Source of the DNA: Mobula hypostoma
Lineage: Eukaryota
Direction: 5' to 3'
Assembly (NCBI RefSeq): GCF_963921235.1
Contig: NC_086107.1
Coordinates: forward strand, 114,082,001-114,146,000
Length of the DNA: 64,000 bases
Under the pieces are notes generated by a model. The model had not been told where the DNA came from, did not search any database, and saw nothing but the letters and a program-made list of their open reading frames with translations. Below are positions 1 to 12,555 of the stretch, piece after piece (positions within the stretch are counted from its first letter, which is position 1; each line of letters begins with the position of its first letter). Made by a program: the position numbers and the translations under genes.

Positions 1-1548
1 GACAGTCCCACTATCCCGGGAATTAACCTTGTGAACCTACCCTGCACTCCCTCAATAGGAAGAATGTCCTTCCTCAAATTTGGAGACCAAAACTGCACAC
101 AGTACTCCAGGTGTGATCTCATTCAATTCCCCTTGTTATGAAGGCCAGCATGCCATTAGCTTTCTTCACTGCCTGCTGTACTTGCATGCTTGCTTTCAGC
201 GACTGATGTACAAGAACACCTGGATCTCATTGTACTTCCCCTTTTCCTAACTTGACTCCATTTAGATAATAATCTGCCTTCCTGTTCTTACCACCAAAGT
301 GGATAACCTCACATTTATCCACATTAAACTGCATCTGCCCACTCACCCAGCCTCTCCAAGTCACCCTGCATTCTCATAACATCCTCCTCACATTTCACAC
401 TGCCACCCAGCTTTGTGTCATCGGCAAATTTGCTAATGTTACTTTTAATTCCCTCATCTAAATCACTAATATATATTGTAAACAGCTGCGGTCCCAGCAC
501 TGAACCCTGCAGTACCCCACTGGTCATCACCTGCCATTCCGAAAGGGACCCGTTAATCACTACTCTTTGTTTTCTGTCAGCCAGCCAATTTTCAGTCCAG
601 GTCGGTACTCTGCCCCCAATACCATGTGCCCTAATGTTGCCCACTAATCTCCTATGTGGGACTTTATCAAAGGCTTTCTGAAAGTCCAGGTACACTACAT
701 ACACTGGCTCTCCCTTGTCCATTTTCACAGTTACATCCTCAAAAAATTCCAGAAGATTAGTCAAGCACGATTTCTCCTTCGTAAATCCATGCTGTCTCGG
801 ACCGATCCTGTTACTGCTATCCAGATGTGTCGTAATTTCATCTTTTATAATTGACTCCAGCATCTTTCCCACCACCAACATCAGGCTAACCGGTCTATAT
901 TTCCCTGTTTTCTCTCTTCCTCCCTTCTTGAAGAGAGGGACAACATCTCCAATCCACGCTCCAATCCACAGGAACTGATCCTGAATCTATAGAACATTGG
1001 AAAATGATTACCAATGGGTCCACGATTTCTAAACCCACCTCCTTAAGTACCCTGGGATGCAGACCATCAGGTCCCTGTGACTTAGCAGCCTTCAGACCCA
1101 ACAGTCTATCCAACACCATTTCCTGCCTAATATAAATATCCTTCAGTTCATCCATTACCCTAGGTCCTTTGGCCACTATTATATCTGGGAGATTGTTTGT
1201 GTCTTCCCTAGTGAAGACAGATCGAAAGTACCTGTTCAACTGCTCTGCTATTTCCTTGTTCCCCATAATAAATTCAGCCGTTTCTGTCTTCAAGGGCCCA
1301 GTTTTGGTCTTAACTATTTTTTTCCTTTTCACATACCTAAAGAAGCTTTTACTATCCTCCTTTATATTCTTGGCTAGTTTATCTTTGTACCTCATTTTTT
1401 CTCCGCGTATTGCCTTTTTAGTTACCTTCTGTTGCTCTTTAAAAGTTTCCCAATCCTCTGGCTTCCCACTCATCTTTGCTATGTTATACTTCTTCTCTTT
1501 TTATTTTTATACTGTTGTTACTTCTCTTGTCAGCCACGGCCGCCCCTT
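1..1548 (-). mobile_element. CR1 LINE ORF2 fragment (RT region), frameshifted, continues past window start
   Basis: ORFs 895..1473 and 324..881 give KSQGPDGLHPRVLKE, QHGFTKEKSCLTNL, YLDFQKAFDKVPH, GVLQGSVLGP, KFADDTKL. Confidence 0.92.
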
Positions 1549-1806
1549 AATTGGGGTCTTTAATGGGAGGAAGATCCTTTCTTTCTCAGAGGTTCCTGAT
1601 GGGGGTCAGATTCCCTCTTTAACTGGTGACACACACACACAATCTATACCCCTCATAATTTTGTATACCTCTATCAAAGTTACTCTCAATCTTCTACATT
1701 ACAAGGTACACAGGCCCTGGTTGTAAAGCTTGTTGATTAATACTGAGGGGATAATAAATTTTTTTTGTCTTTCTCTGTGTCCCTTTCACTTCTGTTTTAT
1801 TGCGAG

Positions 1807-1918
1807 CCTGGGCACTGGGAAAGGCTCAATACATAAAGGATACATCAGTCAGGATGTCAAATTATGCCAGAAGGGTGACATTGAAACTGGCCGGTGACGT
1901 TGATCAAACTTACCTGAC
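1807..1918 (+). other. Candidate internal exon (unverified)
   Basis: Pyrimidine tract ending in AG at 1805-1806, one open frame (WALGKAQYIKDTSVRMSNYARRVTLKLAGDVDQTYL), GTAAGA donor at 1919. No recognised homology. Confidence 0.2.
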
Positions 1919-2153
1919 GTAAGAACCAAATTAAACTGTGTTATTGTAACTGCTTCAAGTGAGAACCAAAGGTTTATCATTTACATTGAGAATGTACAAA
2001 TATGCAGAAATAGACAGGGAAGCAGACTGTCAGCCCTTTCAGTTCTGCTCCAGCAATTCATACAATCATGGCTGATTGTCTGCCTCATGGATACCCATGG
2101 TATCCCCACCTCCCTTCTGTGTCACTAAATCTATCAATGCGTTCGCCTCTCAC

Positions 2154-2290
2154 AATCAAAATCAAGTTTAATATAACCGGCATATGTAGTGAAATTTGTT
2201 AACTTAGCGACAGCAGTACAACGCAATATATGATAAAATAGAGAAAAAAATAAATGTCAATCAATTACAGTAAGTATGCAAAAAAAGGAC
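2154..2290 (-). mobile_element. Rex1/Babar-like LINE 3' UTR fragment
   Basis: Similar to the 3' UTR fragment at 17011-17170 and 25860-26023 (aaatttgttaacttagc...cagcagtacaa). Appears to resume near 2610-2655. Confidence 0.5.
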
Positions 2291-2314
2291 CAATGCTTTT
2301 CCGGCATATATTAT

Positions 2315-2536
2315 GAATAAACTCTTGTTGGGCTTCCAGTTGGGTACAGGTATCGACTGTAACCAACATTTCAATGACAAACTCTGCCATCTTCATCAGG
2401 GATGATGCCTGGGCATGTCTAGTCAGATGGTATTTATACCCCCTTGTCTGTCCCTCCCGATTGGTTAGTCCTCATCTAATCAGGTTTCCGCTCTCTCATC
2501 TTATTTACAATCAAATTCCAGTTATTACGTAGAACC
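2315..2536 (-). mobile_element. Penelope-like element 3' remnant
   Basis: Minus strand has an ORF-end-like LRNNWNLIVNK followed by a hammerhead-like CTGATGA-stem-GAAA motif. Confidence 0.5.
2362..2402 (-). ncRNA. Degenerate minimal hammerhead ribozyme motif
   Basis: Reverse complement reads cc-CTGATGA-a-gatggcag-agt-ttgtcatt-GAAA-tgtt-gg. Stem II can pair; the usual ACGT is ATGT. Confidence 0.5.
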
Positions 2537-2873
2537 TTTGTTTTTGTCTTCATTTTTGGTTTTATGTTTATTTTGGTTTTATTCTTCTAGTTTATTCATA
2601 TTTATATATATATTGAATAGTTAAATTAAAAATAGTGTAAAAACAGAAATAATTTTTAAATTATTTTTAAATTCTAGTGTCTCCTTTCTTTCTCTCTCTC
2701 TCAACCGTCAACCAATTTCCCATCCACCCTGACACAGATGTTGTTCTAACTGATTCAAATCAATTCTTCCTGGTTTTAGTTGGTTTCCACCCAGTACACG
2801 AGACAGGATCTGGACAAACACTTGAATCACCAAGGCATGGAAGGTCATGGACCAAATGGGATCAGCATAGATG

Positions 2874-3297
2874 TGTCACAACCACAGATTCGGCAGCACC
2901 GTAGATACGGCAATTGCTCTTGTGAATATGCACGTGTCAGCTAATTATTATTTAATCGTGATAGTATTTAACTCCATACTTGTCATGGTGCTTGTCGAAA
3001 CTTGGACAGAGCACAGCAACGCTTCGCTGCCTGTTTGCATTCGGCCTTCCTTGAGAAATTGGACTGTTGATTCAACTGACCCTGAAGGTTAGCGGTATTC
3101 GTTTAATGTTTAGAGGTTCTTTTCAGCCGCAGTGTAGGCTTCGTTTTCCATTTGAGAGTTTTAGTTAACGGCCTTGTTTGGCCTCGCATTTATTGTTTTA
3201 TTTTCTCTTTAACACTGTTCACATTAAAGTCTGTGAACTATCGACCTGCTTCAGTGTCTCTCACTCCGTACTTGGGCCAAATCTGAACCTGGTAACA
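2874..3297 (+). mobile_element. Solo LTR (Gypsy-like)
   Basis: TGTCAC...GTAACA termini, 5-bp direct repeat AGATG at 2869-2873 and 3298-3302, ATTAAA near the 3' end. Confidence 0.75.
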
Positions 3298-3414
3298 AGA
3301 TGGGCTCGTTGATGTTTATGCAGAGACGATAAAGTGTGAGCTTCAATTCATTGAGAGTTGTGTAGTGAATTGTCAAACCTAGACCAGTTGATGATTGGTC
3401 AACAAACTCATGTC

Positions 3415-3555
3415 CATCCCTTCCCTCCACTGTTTTATACAGCTAACTTCTCCTCATCTTTCCATCCCGATGAAGGGTCTCTGCCTAATACATCTACTGT
3501 CCAATTCCTTCCACAGATGCTGCCTGACCCATTGAGTTCTTCCAGCTGTTTTGTC
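3415..3555 (+). mobile_element. Penelope-like 3' remnant with mutated hammerhead
   Basis: ccgatgaagggtctctgcctaatacatctactg...agatgctgcctgaccc aligns by eye to 20815-20895; core boxes are mutated. Confidence 0.55.
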
Positions 3556-3606
3556 ACTCGCACCCTGTGGGGTTTTGCCACAATGAGAGGCAGTTTTATT
3601 TTGCAG

Positions 3607-3772
3607 GCAACACTGCCACTCAGTGGTGACCTGCTTGAATGGCAGGTGCTTTTCAGAGAGGGACTGAGTTGCCTCCAGTTCAGTTAACCCTCGCCAGTGA
3701 GGGGAGCCCTCCGGCTGCCCAACGACCAGACAGAGAAACAGATGGAACCACAACATGGAAGGACAAAATAAA
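3607..3772 (+). other. Candidate terminal exon (unverified)
   Basis: ttttattttgcag acceptor, frame QHCHSVVTCLNGRCFSERD-stop (TGA 3665-3667), AATAAA at 3767-3772. Confidence 0.2.
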
Positions 3773-3777
3773 GACAG

Positions 3778-4040
3778 AGGAGAGATTTTAAATGGATTTT
3801 TGCTTCTGTATTTACTCAAGTAGGTGGACACAGAGTTTATAGAACTGAGCCAAAACACTAGTGGGGTCATGGACCACATACAGAATACAGAGGAGGAGGA
3901 GCCTGTTGTCTTGAGGCAAATGAGGGTGGATAAATCCCCAGGGCCTGGCCAGGTGTTCCCTCGGACTGCGCGGGAGGCAAGTGCAGAAATTACGAGGGAC
4001 TTGGAAGAGGTTTTTAAAGCATCATTAGTTACGGGTGAGG
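3778..4040 (+). mobile_element. CR1 LINE fragment
   Basis: VDKSPGPGQVFPRT...AEIT...FKASLVTGEV; related to the CR1 segment at 61340-61610. Confidence 0.75.
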
Positions 4041-4236
4041 TCTCTTTCTGTCCCTTCCTCTTTCTTTCTGTCCCTCTCTCTGACTCTCCCTTTCTGTTTC
4101 TCTCTCCCGTTCAGTCTCTCTCTCTGTCTTTCTTTCTTTCTGTCTCTTCATCTCCCTCTTTATGTCTCTCTCTTTCCCTCTCTCATTGTCTCACTCTTTC
4201 TGGCTGGATTTCTCTCCAGCTCTTTCTGTCTCTCTG
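4040..4236. repeat. TC-rich low-complexity tract
   Basis: Nearly pure pyrimidine run of degenerate TC/TCTG/TTTC units. Confidence 0.85.
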
Positions 4237-4239
4237 ATT

Positions 4240-4509
4240 AAACATAGAGCATGGAACATAGAATACTACAGCACAGGAACAGGCCATTCGGCCCACATTT
4301 GTGCTGAACCAGCTAAAAGGTAATTTAAAACAAACCCCAAAATGAATCCCTCCTACCTACACTATCCATATCCACCAGTGTTCCTCACATCCATGTGCCT
4401 CTCTAAACGTCTCTTAAAAGCCTCTAATGTATTTGCCTCTACCACCACACCAGGCAGCACATTCCAGGCATCCACCTCTCTCTGAGTAAAAACTTACCCC
4501 TCACATCCC
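4240..4509 (-). mobile_element. CR1 LINE 3' end
   Basis: Reverse of a TTCTATG-type tail, ggccgaatggcctgttcctgtgctgta 3' UTR and WNVLPG-like ORF end. Confidence 0.7.
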
Positions 4510-6544
4510 TTTTTTTTTTCTTTTCAAATCTTTTTATTCTATATAGGAAAAATAACATGAGTACATCGAGTAACAACACTTACAATGCCTCAAAAAACCC
4601 ATCATCTTAAAGATTGAAAACAAAATTTTGTGATAACAAAAAAAACCTACTAAGCAGAAAAGTGAGGAAAGAAAAGAACCCATTAGGTGTACAACCCCGG
4701 AGCCATGCGTCATACAAAAAGCTTCTAAAAATAAACATCAAACCACCAGCAAGAAAAGAAAATATACTAAAAGAATCTACAATTAGATCGTGGAAAAATT
4801 ATATCAATTAACTCAAATGATAATAACGAGCAAATGAGCCCCATCTTTTCTCAAAATCAAATAAAGGTTCAAAGGTTTGACTTCTAATTTTCTCCAAACT
4901 AAGACATAGCATCACTTGAGAGAACCATTGTGACAAAGTGGGAGCTGATGTATCCTTCCACTTCAACAAAATGGCCCTCCAAGCTATCAATGTAACAAAT
5001 GCAATAACATGTTAGTCAGACACAGAAATACCATGAATATTCTGAGGAACTATTCCAAAAAGCACAGTTAATTTATTAGGTTGTAAATTAATTTTAAGTG
5101 CTTTAGAAATTGTTGAGAAAACCGACTTCCAGAACTGTTCCAATATAGAACAAGACCAAAACATATGTGTCAGTGTAGCTATCTCAGTTTTACATCTATC
5201 ACAATGACTATCAACATTAGCAAAGATTTTAGAAAGTCTCTCATTTGTCAAATGATAACGATGTACAATTTTAAATTGAATCAATGAATGACTAGCACAA
5301 ATTGAAGAAGAGTTAACCAACTTCAATATCCGCATCCATTCCTCCATCATAAAAGTCAAATTAAGTTCCTTTTCCCAATCCTGTTTAATCTTAGATAAAG
5401 GACACTTATCCCATTGTAATAGCAAATTATAAATTCTTCCAATAGAACCCTTAATCTAAGGATTCATACTCATAAATAGTATCTAACAGGTCAGCCTCCA
5501 ATATGTAAGGGAAATTACTTAAATATTTTTGTAAAAAATATCTAACTTGAAGGTATTGCAGAAAGTGTGAGTATGAAAGAGAATATTTATCAATTAATTG
5601 TTCAAAGGATATCAATCTATCTGCTTTAAATAAATCCAAAAAAGAATTAATACCTTTATTTTTCCAAAGTAAAAAAATTGGATCACTCAAAGAAGGCCTA
5701 AAAAAGTAATTTCGGTAAATTAAACTGCAAAGTTTAAATGTTTTAAGATTAAAAAAATTGCAGAACTGGAGCCAAATTTGTAAAGAATACTTAATCACAG
5801 GATATAGCTTTAAATTAACAACATTACCTAATTGCATAGGTAAAGGAGCTCCCATTAACGAGGTTAAATAAAACTGTTTTACAACTTTTAGTTCCAGGTC
5901 CCCCAAATTGGCTGATCACTCTTATCAACCCAGTATAGCCAAAAAGACATATATCGCAGATTAACAGCCCAATAATACATTCTAAAATTAGGCAAATCAA
6001 GACCTCCATCCTTTTTCAATTTTTGTAAATGACATTTACTAATTCTTGGTCTTTTATTATTCCAAACAAAAGATAAAATAATAGAATCAATCTGATCAAA
6101 AAACTTCCTAGTCAAAAAAACAGGGATATTCTGAAATAAATATAAAAATTTCGGTAGAATCATCATTTTAACTATATGAATACGACCGACAAGTGAAAAT
6201 GTAAGTGGACTCTATCTACTAAATAATTACTTCATAGAGTCTATTAAGGGAACAAAATTAGCTTTATAAAGATCCTTATATTTTTTAGTAATTGTAATAC
6301 CTAAATATCTAAAAGAGTCTGAAACTTTAAAAGGAGTATTATCATATATAGAGACAGAATCATTTAAAGGAAACAATTCACTTTTACTAAAATTTTTTCT
6401 ACCCTGAAAAACCTCCAAATTCATTAAAAAATTTTAGCAAGGCAGGAATGGATTCATCAGGGTTAGATATATAAACCAATAAATCATCAGCATAAAGAGA
6501 GACCTTATGCATGGTCTCATTCACAAAGATCCCATGGACATTTT
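4510..6544 (-). mobile_element. L1-clade LINE, 3' 2 kb
   Basis: YADD region through the CCHC finger (CDRC...HMFWSC), AATAAA and A tail; reverse complement of 9136-11163. Confidence 0.92.
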
Positions 6545-9500
6545 ATGACTGAGGGAAGAAGATAAGGCGATTTGTTCCTTTAATTTAATACTTAGTAGCT
6601 AATTGGTAGATTTTTTCCTACTAATAGGGCTTTTTATATATTTTTTTCTGTTTTATTATAACATTTTATGATTGAATTTAAAGCTTTTTTAGGGAATTAA
6701 TATTAAACTTAAACATGGCGCTGTTTTTTCTCGCTAAGAGATAACATTATTTTGGTTCTTTCTTGTTTATCAGTCGATGGAATGTAAATACCTTTTTTGC
6801 TGAGACTTTATTGTCTTTTTCACAAGGTCACTCCACTTTTTTACTAACTGGGGGGAGGGAAAGAAAACACAGACAGAGCAGTCAGCAGCTTTGAATTCTA
6901 TCGTAGTTCGCTTGCCTCTTTCAGGTTTCGGGGTGTGGGTGGGTGGGTTTAGAGTTAGTTTTTTCCCATTGGGTGGTTCTGGAGCATGCATGATTTTTAT
7001 TTGGTTGTATTCTTCATCACCGCCATCTTTGATCATCCTGCATTGGTATGTGCTTTGTGCATGTATAAAGTAGAATGAAATTATAGTATGCTGTTCAAAT
7101 GGATTAACACAATAAGTTGGAATGTACGTGGTTAGAATCATCCCAGTAAATGAAAGAAGACTTTTAAAATTATTAAACAATTCCAACCTGACATAATTTT
7201 TGCTCAAGAGTCACATATCAGAGCGGGAGATCAAAATAGATTTTTTAGATGGAGGAATGGCTTGCAATTCCACTCTACTTCTCAGAGTAAAACAAAAAGC
7301 GTGTCTATTTTCATTAAACCTAATATATTTATTCAAGATGATATTGAATCAGATTCTAATGGTAGATTTTTAATTGTTAAAGGAACAATCTGTAACAGAA
7401 AAGTTGTTTTGGATAATTTGTATGGTCCTAACTTAGATGATCCTTCTTTTTTAAAAAAGGTATTTGCTTTACTGCCTGACTTAAATGAATATATGCTCAT
7501 AATGGCTGGGGATTTTAATTGTTGTTTAAATCATATGATTGATAAGAGCTCAACCAATCAGCGACTTCCAAATCGATCCGTGTCATTTATTAATTCCTTT
7601 TTGATTGATTTTGGGTTGATTGATTTGTGGAGGTATCTTCATCCCGATAATAGAGAATATTCTTTCTTCTCACACGTTTATAAAAAATATTCGAGGATCG
7701 ATTATATTATAATCAATCCCCGCTTCTTGCCTAGTGTTAAAACTTGCGAATATGACGCTATTGCTACATCTGATCATGCGCCTCTGAGTTTGTCTTTTGA
7801 ATTTGATGATGTCACTCTTGCCCGCCCACCTTGGCTCATGTCTCAGACATTATTGCAAAACTCTGACTTTGTCACTTTCATTGAAACTCAGATAAAAGAA
7901 TTTTTTCTTTTTAATGATATAGGGAGCATGTCTAAATTAGTTATACAGGATGCATTTAAAGCATTTTTACGTGGTCAGATTATTTCTTATTCAGCTAAAC
8001 TTAAAAAACAAACTAAAGCAGAATTAGATAGAATTTCAAAACAAATTAAAGATTTAGATAATATTTATGCAATTTCCCTCAATACTGATTTATTTAAACA
8101 AAGGGTGGAACTTCAATCACAATATAACCTGCTATCAACTCATCCCATTGAAGGTTATTTGCTTAAGTTAAAGAGCCAATTTTATATGTCTAGAGATAAA
8201 AATAATAAACTGCTTGTGTCTCAATTAAAAATGGCTGCAGCCAAAAGGCAAATCATGAAAATTCATAGGAAAGATGGTACCTTAGCTCAGGAATATGAGG
8301 AAATTAATAAGATTTTTCAAGATTTTTATGCTGAGCTATATAAATCTCAATGTCCGTTAGATTCCTCTAAAATGAATGCTTTTTTACGAAAGATTGTTTT
8401 TCCTAAAATCTCGGCTGAGGATCAAAAGATTCTCGATGCTCAAATTACTGAAGCCAAAATTCATGAAGCTATTTTTTCAATGCAATCTGGTAAGTCCCCA
8501 GGACTTGATGGCTATCCCGTAGAATTTTATAAAAAATTTGGAAAGTTGCTCTCTCTGTATATGTTGGAAATGTTTAAAGATTCTTTTGTGAAAGGTGACT
8601 TACCCTCTACTTTTAATGAGGCCTCTATTTCTTTAATTCTTAAAAAAGATAAAGATCCTACTGACTGTGCTTCATATAGACCTATTTCATTAATGAATGT
8701 TGATGCTAAGCTCTTGACAAAGATAATGGCCGATTGGTTGGAGAATATTTTGGGTAAAATTATTTGTAAAGATCAAATAGGCTTTATAAAGGGTTGCTAT
8801 TCCTTTTCCTTTTCAAATGTTCGGAGACTATTTAACATTATATATTCATCCTCATGTAAAATTCCACAATGTGTTGTATCTTTGGATGCTGAAAAAGCGT
8901 TCAACCGAGTCGAATGGAAATATTTATTCAATGTTTTAGAGAAATTTGGCTTTGGTGTTAATTTTAATAATTGGATTAAAATGATATATAAAGCCCTTAT
9001 TGCTACTATTGTCACTAACAATCGTAGGTCTCCTTTTTTTCCAGCTTTCACGGGGGACAAGGCAAGGCTATCAATTAAGTCCTTTGTTGCTTAATTTAAT
9101 ATTAGAACCCCTTGCTATTGCTCTTCGTGAGGCTAAAAATATCCATGGGATATTTGTGAATGAGACCATGCATAAGATCTCTCTTTACACTGATGATTTA
9201 TTGGTTTATATATCTAACCCTGACGAATCCATTCCTGCCCTGCTAAAATTATTTAATGAACTCGGAGGTTTCTCAGGATATAAAATGAATTTTAGTAAAA
9301 GTGAATTGTTTCCTTTAAATGATTCTGTTTCTATATATGATAATACTCCTTTTAAAGTTTCAGATTCTTTTAGATATTTAGGTATTATAATTACTAAAAA
9401 ATATAAGGATCTTTATAAAGCTAATTTTGTTCCCTTAGTAGACTCTATGAAGTATTTATTTAGTAGATGGAGTCCACTTACATTTTCACTTGTTGGTCGT

Positions 9501-11163
9501 ATTCATATAGTTAAAATGATGATTTTACTGAAATTTTTATATTTATTTCAGATTATTCCTGTTTTTGACTAGGAAGTTTTTTGATCGGATTGATTCTATT
9601 ATTTTATATTTTATTTGGAATAATAAAAGACCAAGAATTAGTAAATGTCATTTACAAAAATTGAAAAAGGATGGAGGTCTTGCTTTGTCTAATTTTAGAA
9701 TGTATTATTGGGCTGTTAATCTGCGATATATGTCTTTTTGGTTATACTGGGTTGATAAGAGTGATCAGCCAATTTGAGTAGACCAGGAACTAAAAGTTGT
9801 AAAACAGTTTTATTTAACCTCCTTATTGGGAGTTCCTTTACCTATGCAATTAGGTAAAGTTGTTAATTTAAGCCTATATCCTGTGATTAAGTATTCTTTA
9901 CAAATTTGGCTCCAGTTGCGCAAATTTTTTAATCTTAAAACATTTAAACTTTGGTGTTTAATTTACCGAAATTACTTTTTTAAGCCTTCTTTGAGTGATC
10001 CAATTTTTTTACTTTGGAAAAATAAAGGTATTAATTCTTTTTTGGATTTATTTAAAGAAGATAGATTGATGTCCTTTGAACAATTAATTGATAAATATTC
10101 TCTTTCATACTCACACTTTCTGCAATACCTTCAAGTTAGATCATTTTTACAAAAATATTTAAGTAATTCCCCTTACATATTGGAGGCTGACCTGTTAGAT
10201 ACTATTTATGAGTATGAATCCTTTGATTAAGGGTTCTATTGGAAGAATTTATAATTTACTATTACAATGGGATAAGCATCCTTTGGCTAAGATTAAACAG
10301 GATTGGGAAAAGGAACTTAATTTGACTTTTGTGACGGAGGATTGGATGCGGATATTGAAGTTGGTTAACTCTTCTTCAATTTCTGCCAGCCATTCATTGA
10401 TTCAATTTAAAATTGTACATCGTTATCATTTGACAAAGGAGAGATTTTCTAAAATCTTTCCTAATGTTGATAGTCATTGTGATAGATGTAAAACTGAGAT
10501 AGCTACACTGACACATATGTTTTGGTCTTGTTCTATATTGGAACAGTTCTGGAAGTCGGTTTTCTCAACAATTTCTAAAGCACTTAAAATTAATTTACAA
10601 CCTAATAAATTAACTGTGCTTTTTGGATTAGTTCCTCAAAATATTCATGGTATTTCTGTGTCTGACCAACATGTTATTGCATTTGTTACATTGATAGCTA
10701 GGAGGGCCATTTTGTTGAAGTGGAAGGATACATCAGCTCCCACTTTGTCACAATGGTTCTCTCAAGTGATGCTATGTCTTAGTTTGGAGAAAATTAGAAG
10801 TCGAACCTTTCAAACTTTATTTGATTTTGAGAAAAGATGGGGCTCATTTGCTTGTTATTATCATTTGAGTTAATTGATATAATTTTTCCACGATCTAATT
10901 GTAAATTTTTTTAGTATATTTTCTTTTCTTGCTGGCGGTTTGATGTTTATTTTTAGAAGCTTTTTGTATGACGCATGGCTCCGGGGTTGTACACCTAATG
11001 GGTTCTCTTTTTTCCTCACTTTTCTGCTTAGTAAGTTTTTTTTGTTATCACAAAATTTTGTTTTCAATCTTTAAGATGATGGGTTTTTTGAGGCATTGTA
11101 AGTGTTGTTACTCGATGTACTCATGTTATTTTTCCTATATACAATAAAAAGATTTGAAAAGAA
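6545..11163 (+). mobile_element. L1-clade LINE, 5'-truncated (spacer, ORF2, 3' UTR)
   Basis: SWNVRG, GDFN, SRIDY, SDH endonuclease motifs; KSPGLDG, YRPISL, SLDAEKAF, YTDD RT motifs; CCHC finger; aataaaaagatttgaaaagaaa end. Confidence 0.93.
7088..10873 (+). pseudogene. L1 ORF2 (APE endonuclease-RT-CCHC), multiple frameshifts and stops
   Basis: ORFs 7262..9094, 9000..9572, 9565..9777, 9826..10230 and 10208..10873 are consecutive pieces of one protein. Confidence 0.88.
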
Positions 11164-11164
11164 A

Positions 11165-12121
11165 GATTTTCACAAGGCCTTTGACAACGTACTGCACATG
11201 AAGTTGCTTAACGAGATAAGAGCCCGTAGTACTAGCATGGATGGAAGATTGGCTGACTGGCAGGGGACAAATAGTGGGGATAAAGAGAACCTTTTCTGGT
11301 TGGCTGCTGAATTGATCAGTGTTGGGACTGCTTCTTTTCAGGTTACTTGCCAACAATTTGGATGATGGAATTTGAAAGACAGGTACCGAAGGTGATGAAT
11401 GTCTGCATACGGACTTTAAAAAGAGCCATCAAAATGGTCACAGAGACTGCTGAGCAAGCCTCCAGGTGTCTATGGATCAAGAGGTAAGATCCGTGGACCA
11501 GTGCCACTGGGACACAAGCCAGGTCTGATCACCCCTGTCTGGGTCACCTGGGCAGGGGTGTCTGATGTTGAAAGACCCAACACAAATGATAACCCCAGAT
11601 TACATCACTGTTGATAGGTCCCAGCACATCCCAGGATGTATCTCAGTGTCAAACAGCTTGGATGAATACACAAAGAAGTGAGAGATGGAATATAACGTAG
11701 GGAAGTGCGTGGTCATTCACTTTGGCATAAGGAATAAAGGCAAAATGGAGAGAAAATTCCAAACTCAGAATTGCAAAGGAACTCGGGAGTCGTCGTGTAG
11801 GGTTCCCTAAAGGTTAACTTGCAGGTTGAGTCAGTGGTGAGGAAGGCAAATGCAATGTTAGCATTCATTTTGAGTGGACTGGAATATAAAAGCAAGGATG
11901 TAATGTTGAGGCTTTATAAGGCATTGGTCAGACCACACTTGGAATACTGTGAGCAGTTTCAGCCCCCATATCCAAGAAAACATTTGCTGGCATTGGAGAG
12001 GTTCAGGAGGAGGTTCGTGAGAATGATCTCAGAAAGGAAAGGGTTACCAGATGAGGAGCATTTCATAGATATGGGCCTGTACTTGCTGGAGTTTAGAAGA
12101 ATGAGGGGGAATCTCTTTGAA
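11165..12121 (+). mobile_element. Decayed CR1 RT and 3' fragments
   Basis: DFHKAFDNV at 11165 and LYKALVRPHLEYCEQF in ORF 11819..12172. Confidence 0.78.
11385..11645 (+). mobile_element. Possible R2-superfamily (Hero-like) 3' end
   Basis: AEQASRCLWIKR-like ORF end then gggacacaagcc...ctgatgttgaaagaccc...tacatcactg, resembling fish Hero 3' ends as recalled; interrupts the CR1. Confidence 0.4.
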
Positions 12122-12492
12122 GCCTTCGACAGGGTCGTGGTCGTCTTGGAGGAGAGTCTTTCTTCCCCTTGATGGAAATGTCAGGTACTAGAGGGCATAG
12201 GTTTAGGGTAAGCGGGCAAAGCTGATGGATCGAAGCGCCTGTTCCTTCTGTGTTCTAAAGAAACTCTCTCAATTGGGAGAGTGGAACAGAGATAATGTTT
12301 CAGACCAGGTACTGAAGGGCCTTTAACTGGTAATATTACTTCTGTACCTTCGATGGGGGCACTAGACTTGAGAAATTCAGTCTAGATTGCAGAGTAAATA
12401 TAATGTACAGAGTGTTGATGGGGACGTGGTAGCAGCAGTCGTCACAGCCCAGAGTTGTACTTTGTGAAGAGCTGCTTCACATCACCTTCACA

Positions 12493-12510
12493 GTGTGAGT
12501 GTGTGTGTGT

Positions 12511-12555
<45 letters not shown>

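Noticed and set aside
1905..1920. Minus-strand donor CAG/GTAAGT
   Set aside because: No convincing upstream exon on that strand; it also weakens the plus-strand exon call.
4510..11163. Classical L1 twin-priming inversion
   Set aside because: Twin priming gives a non-overlapping inverted 5' part, one tail and a target duplication; here the 3' 2 kb is present twice with two tails.
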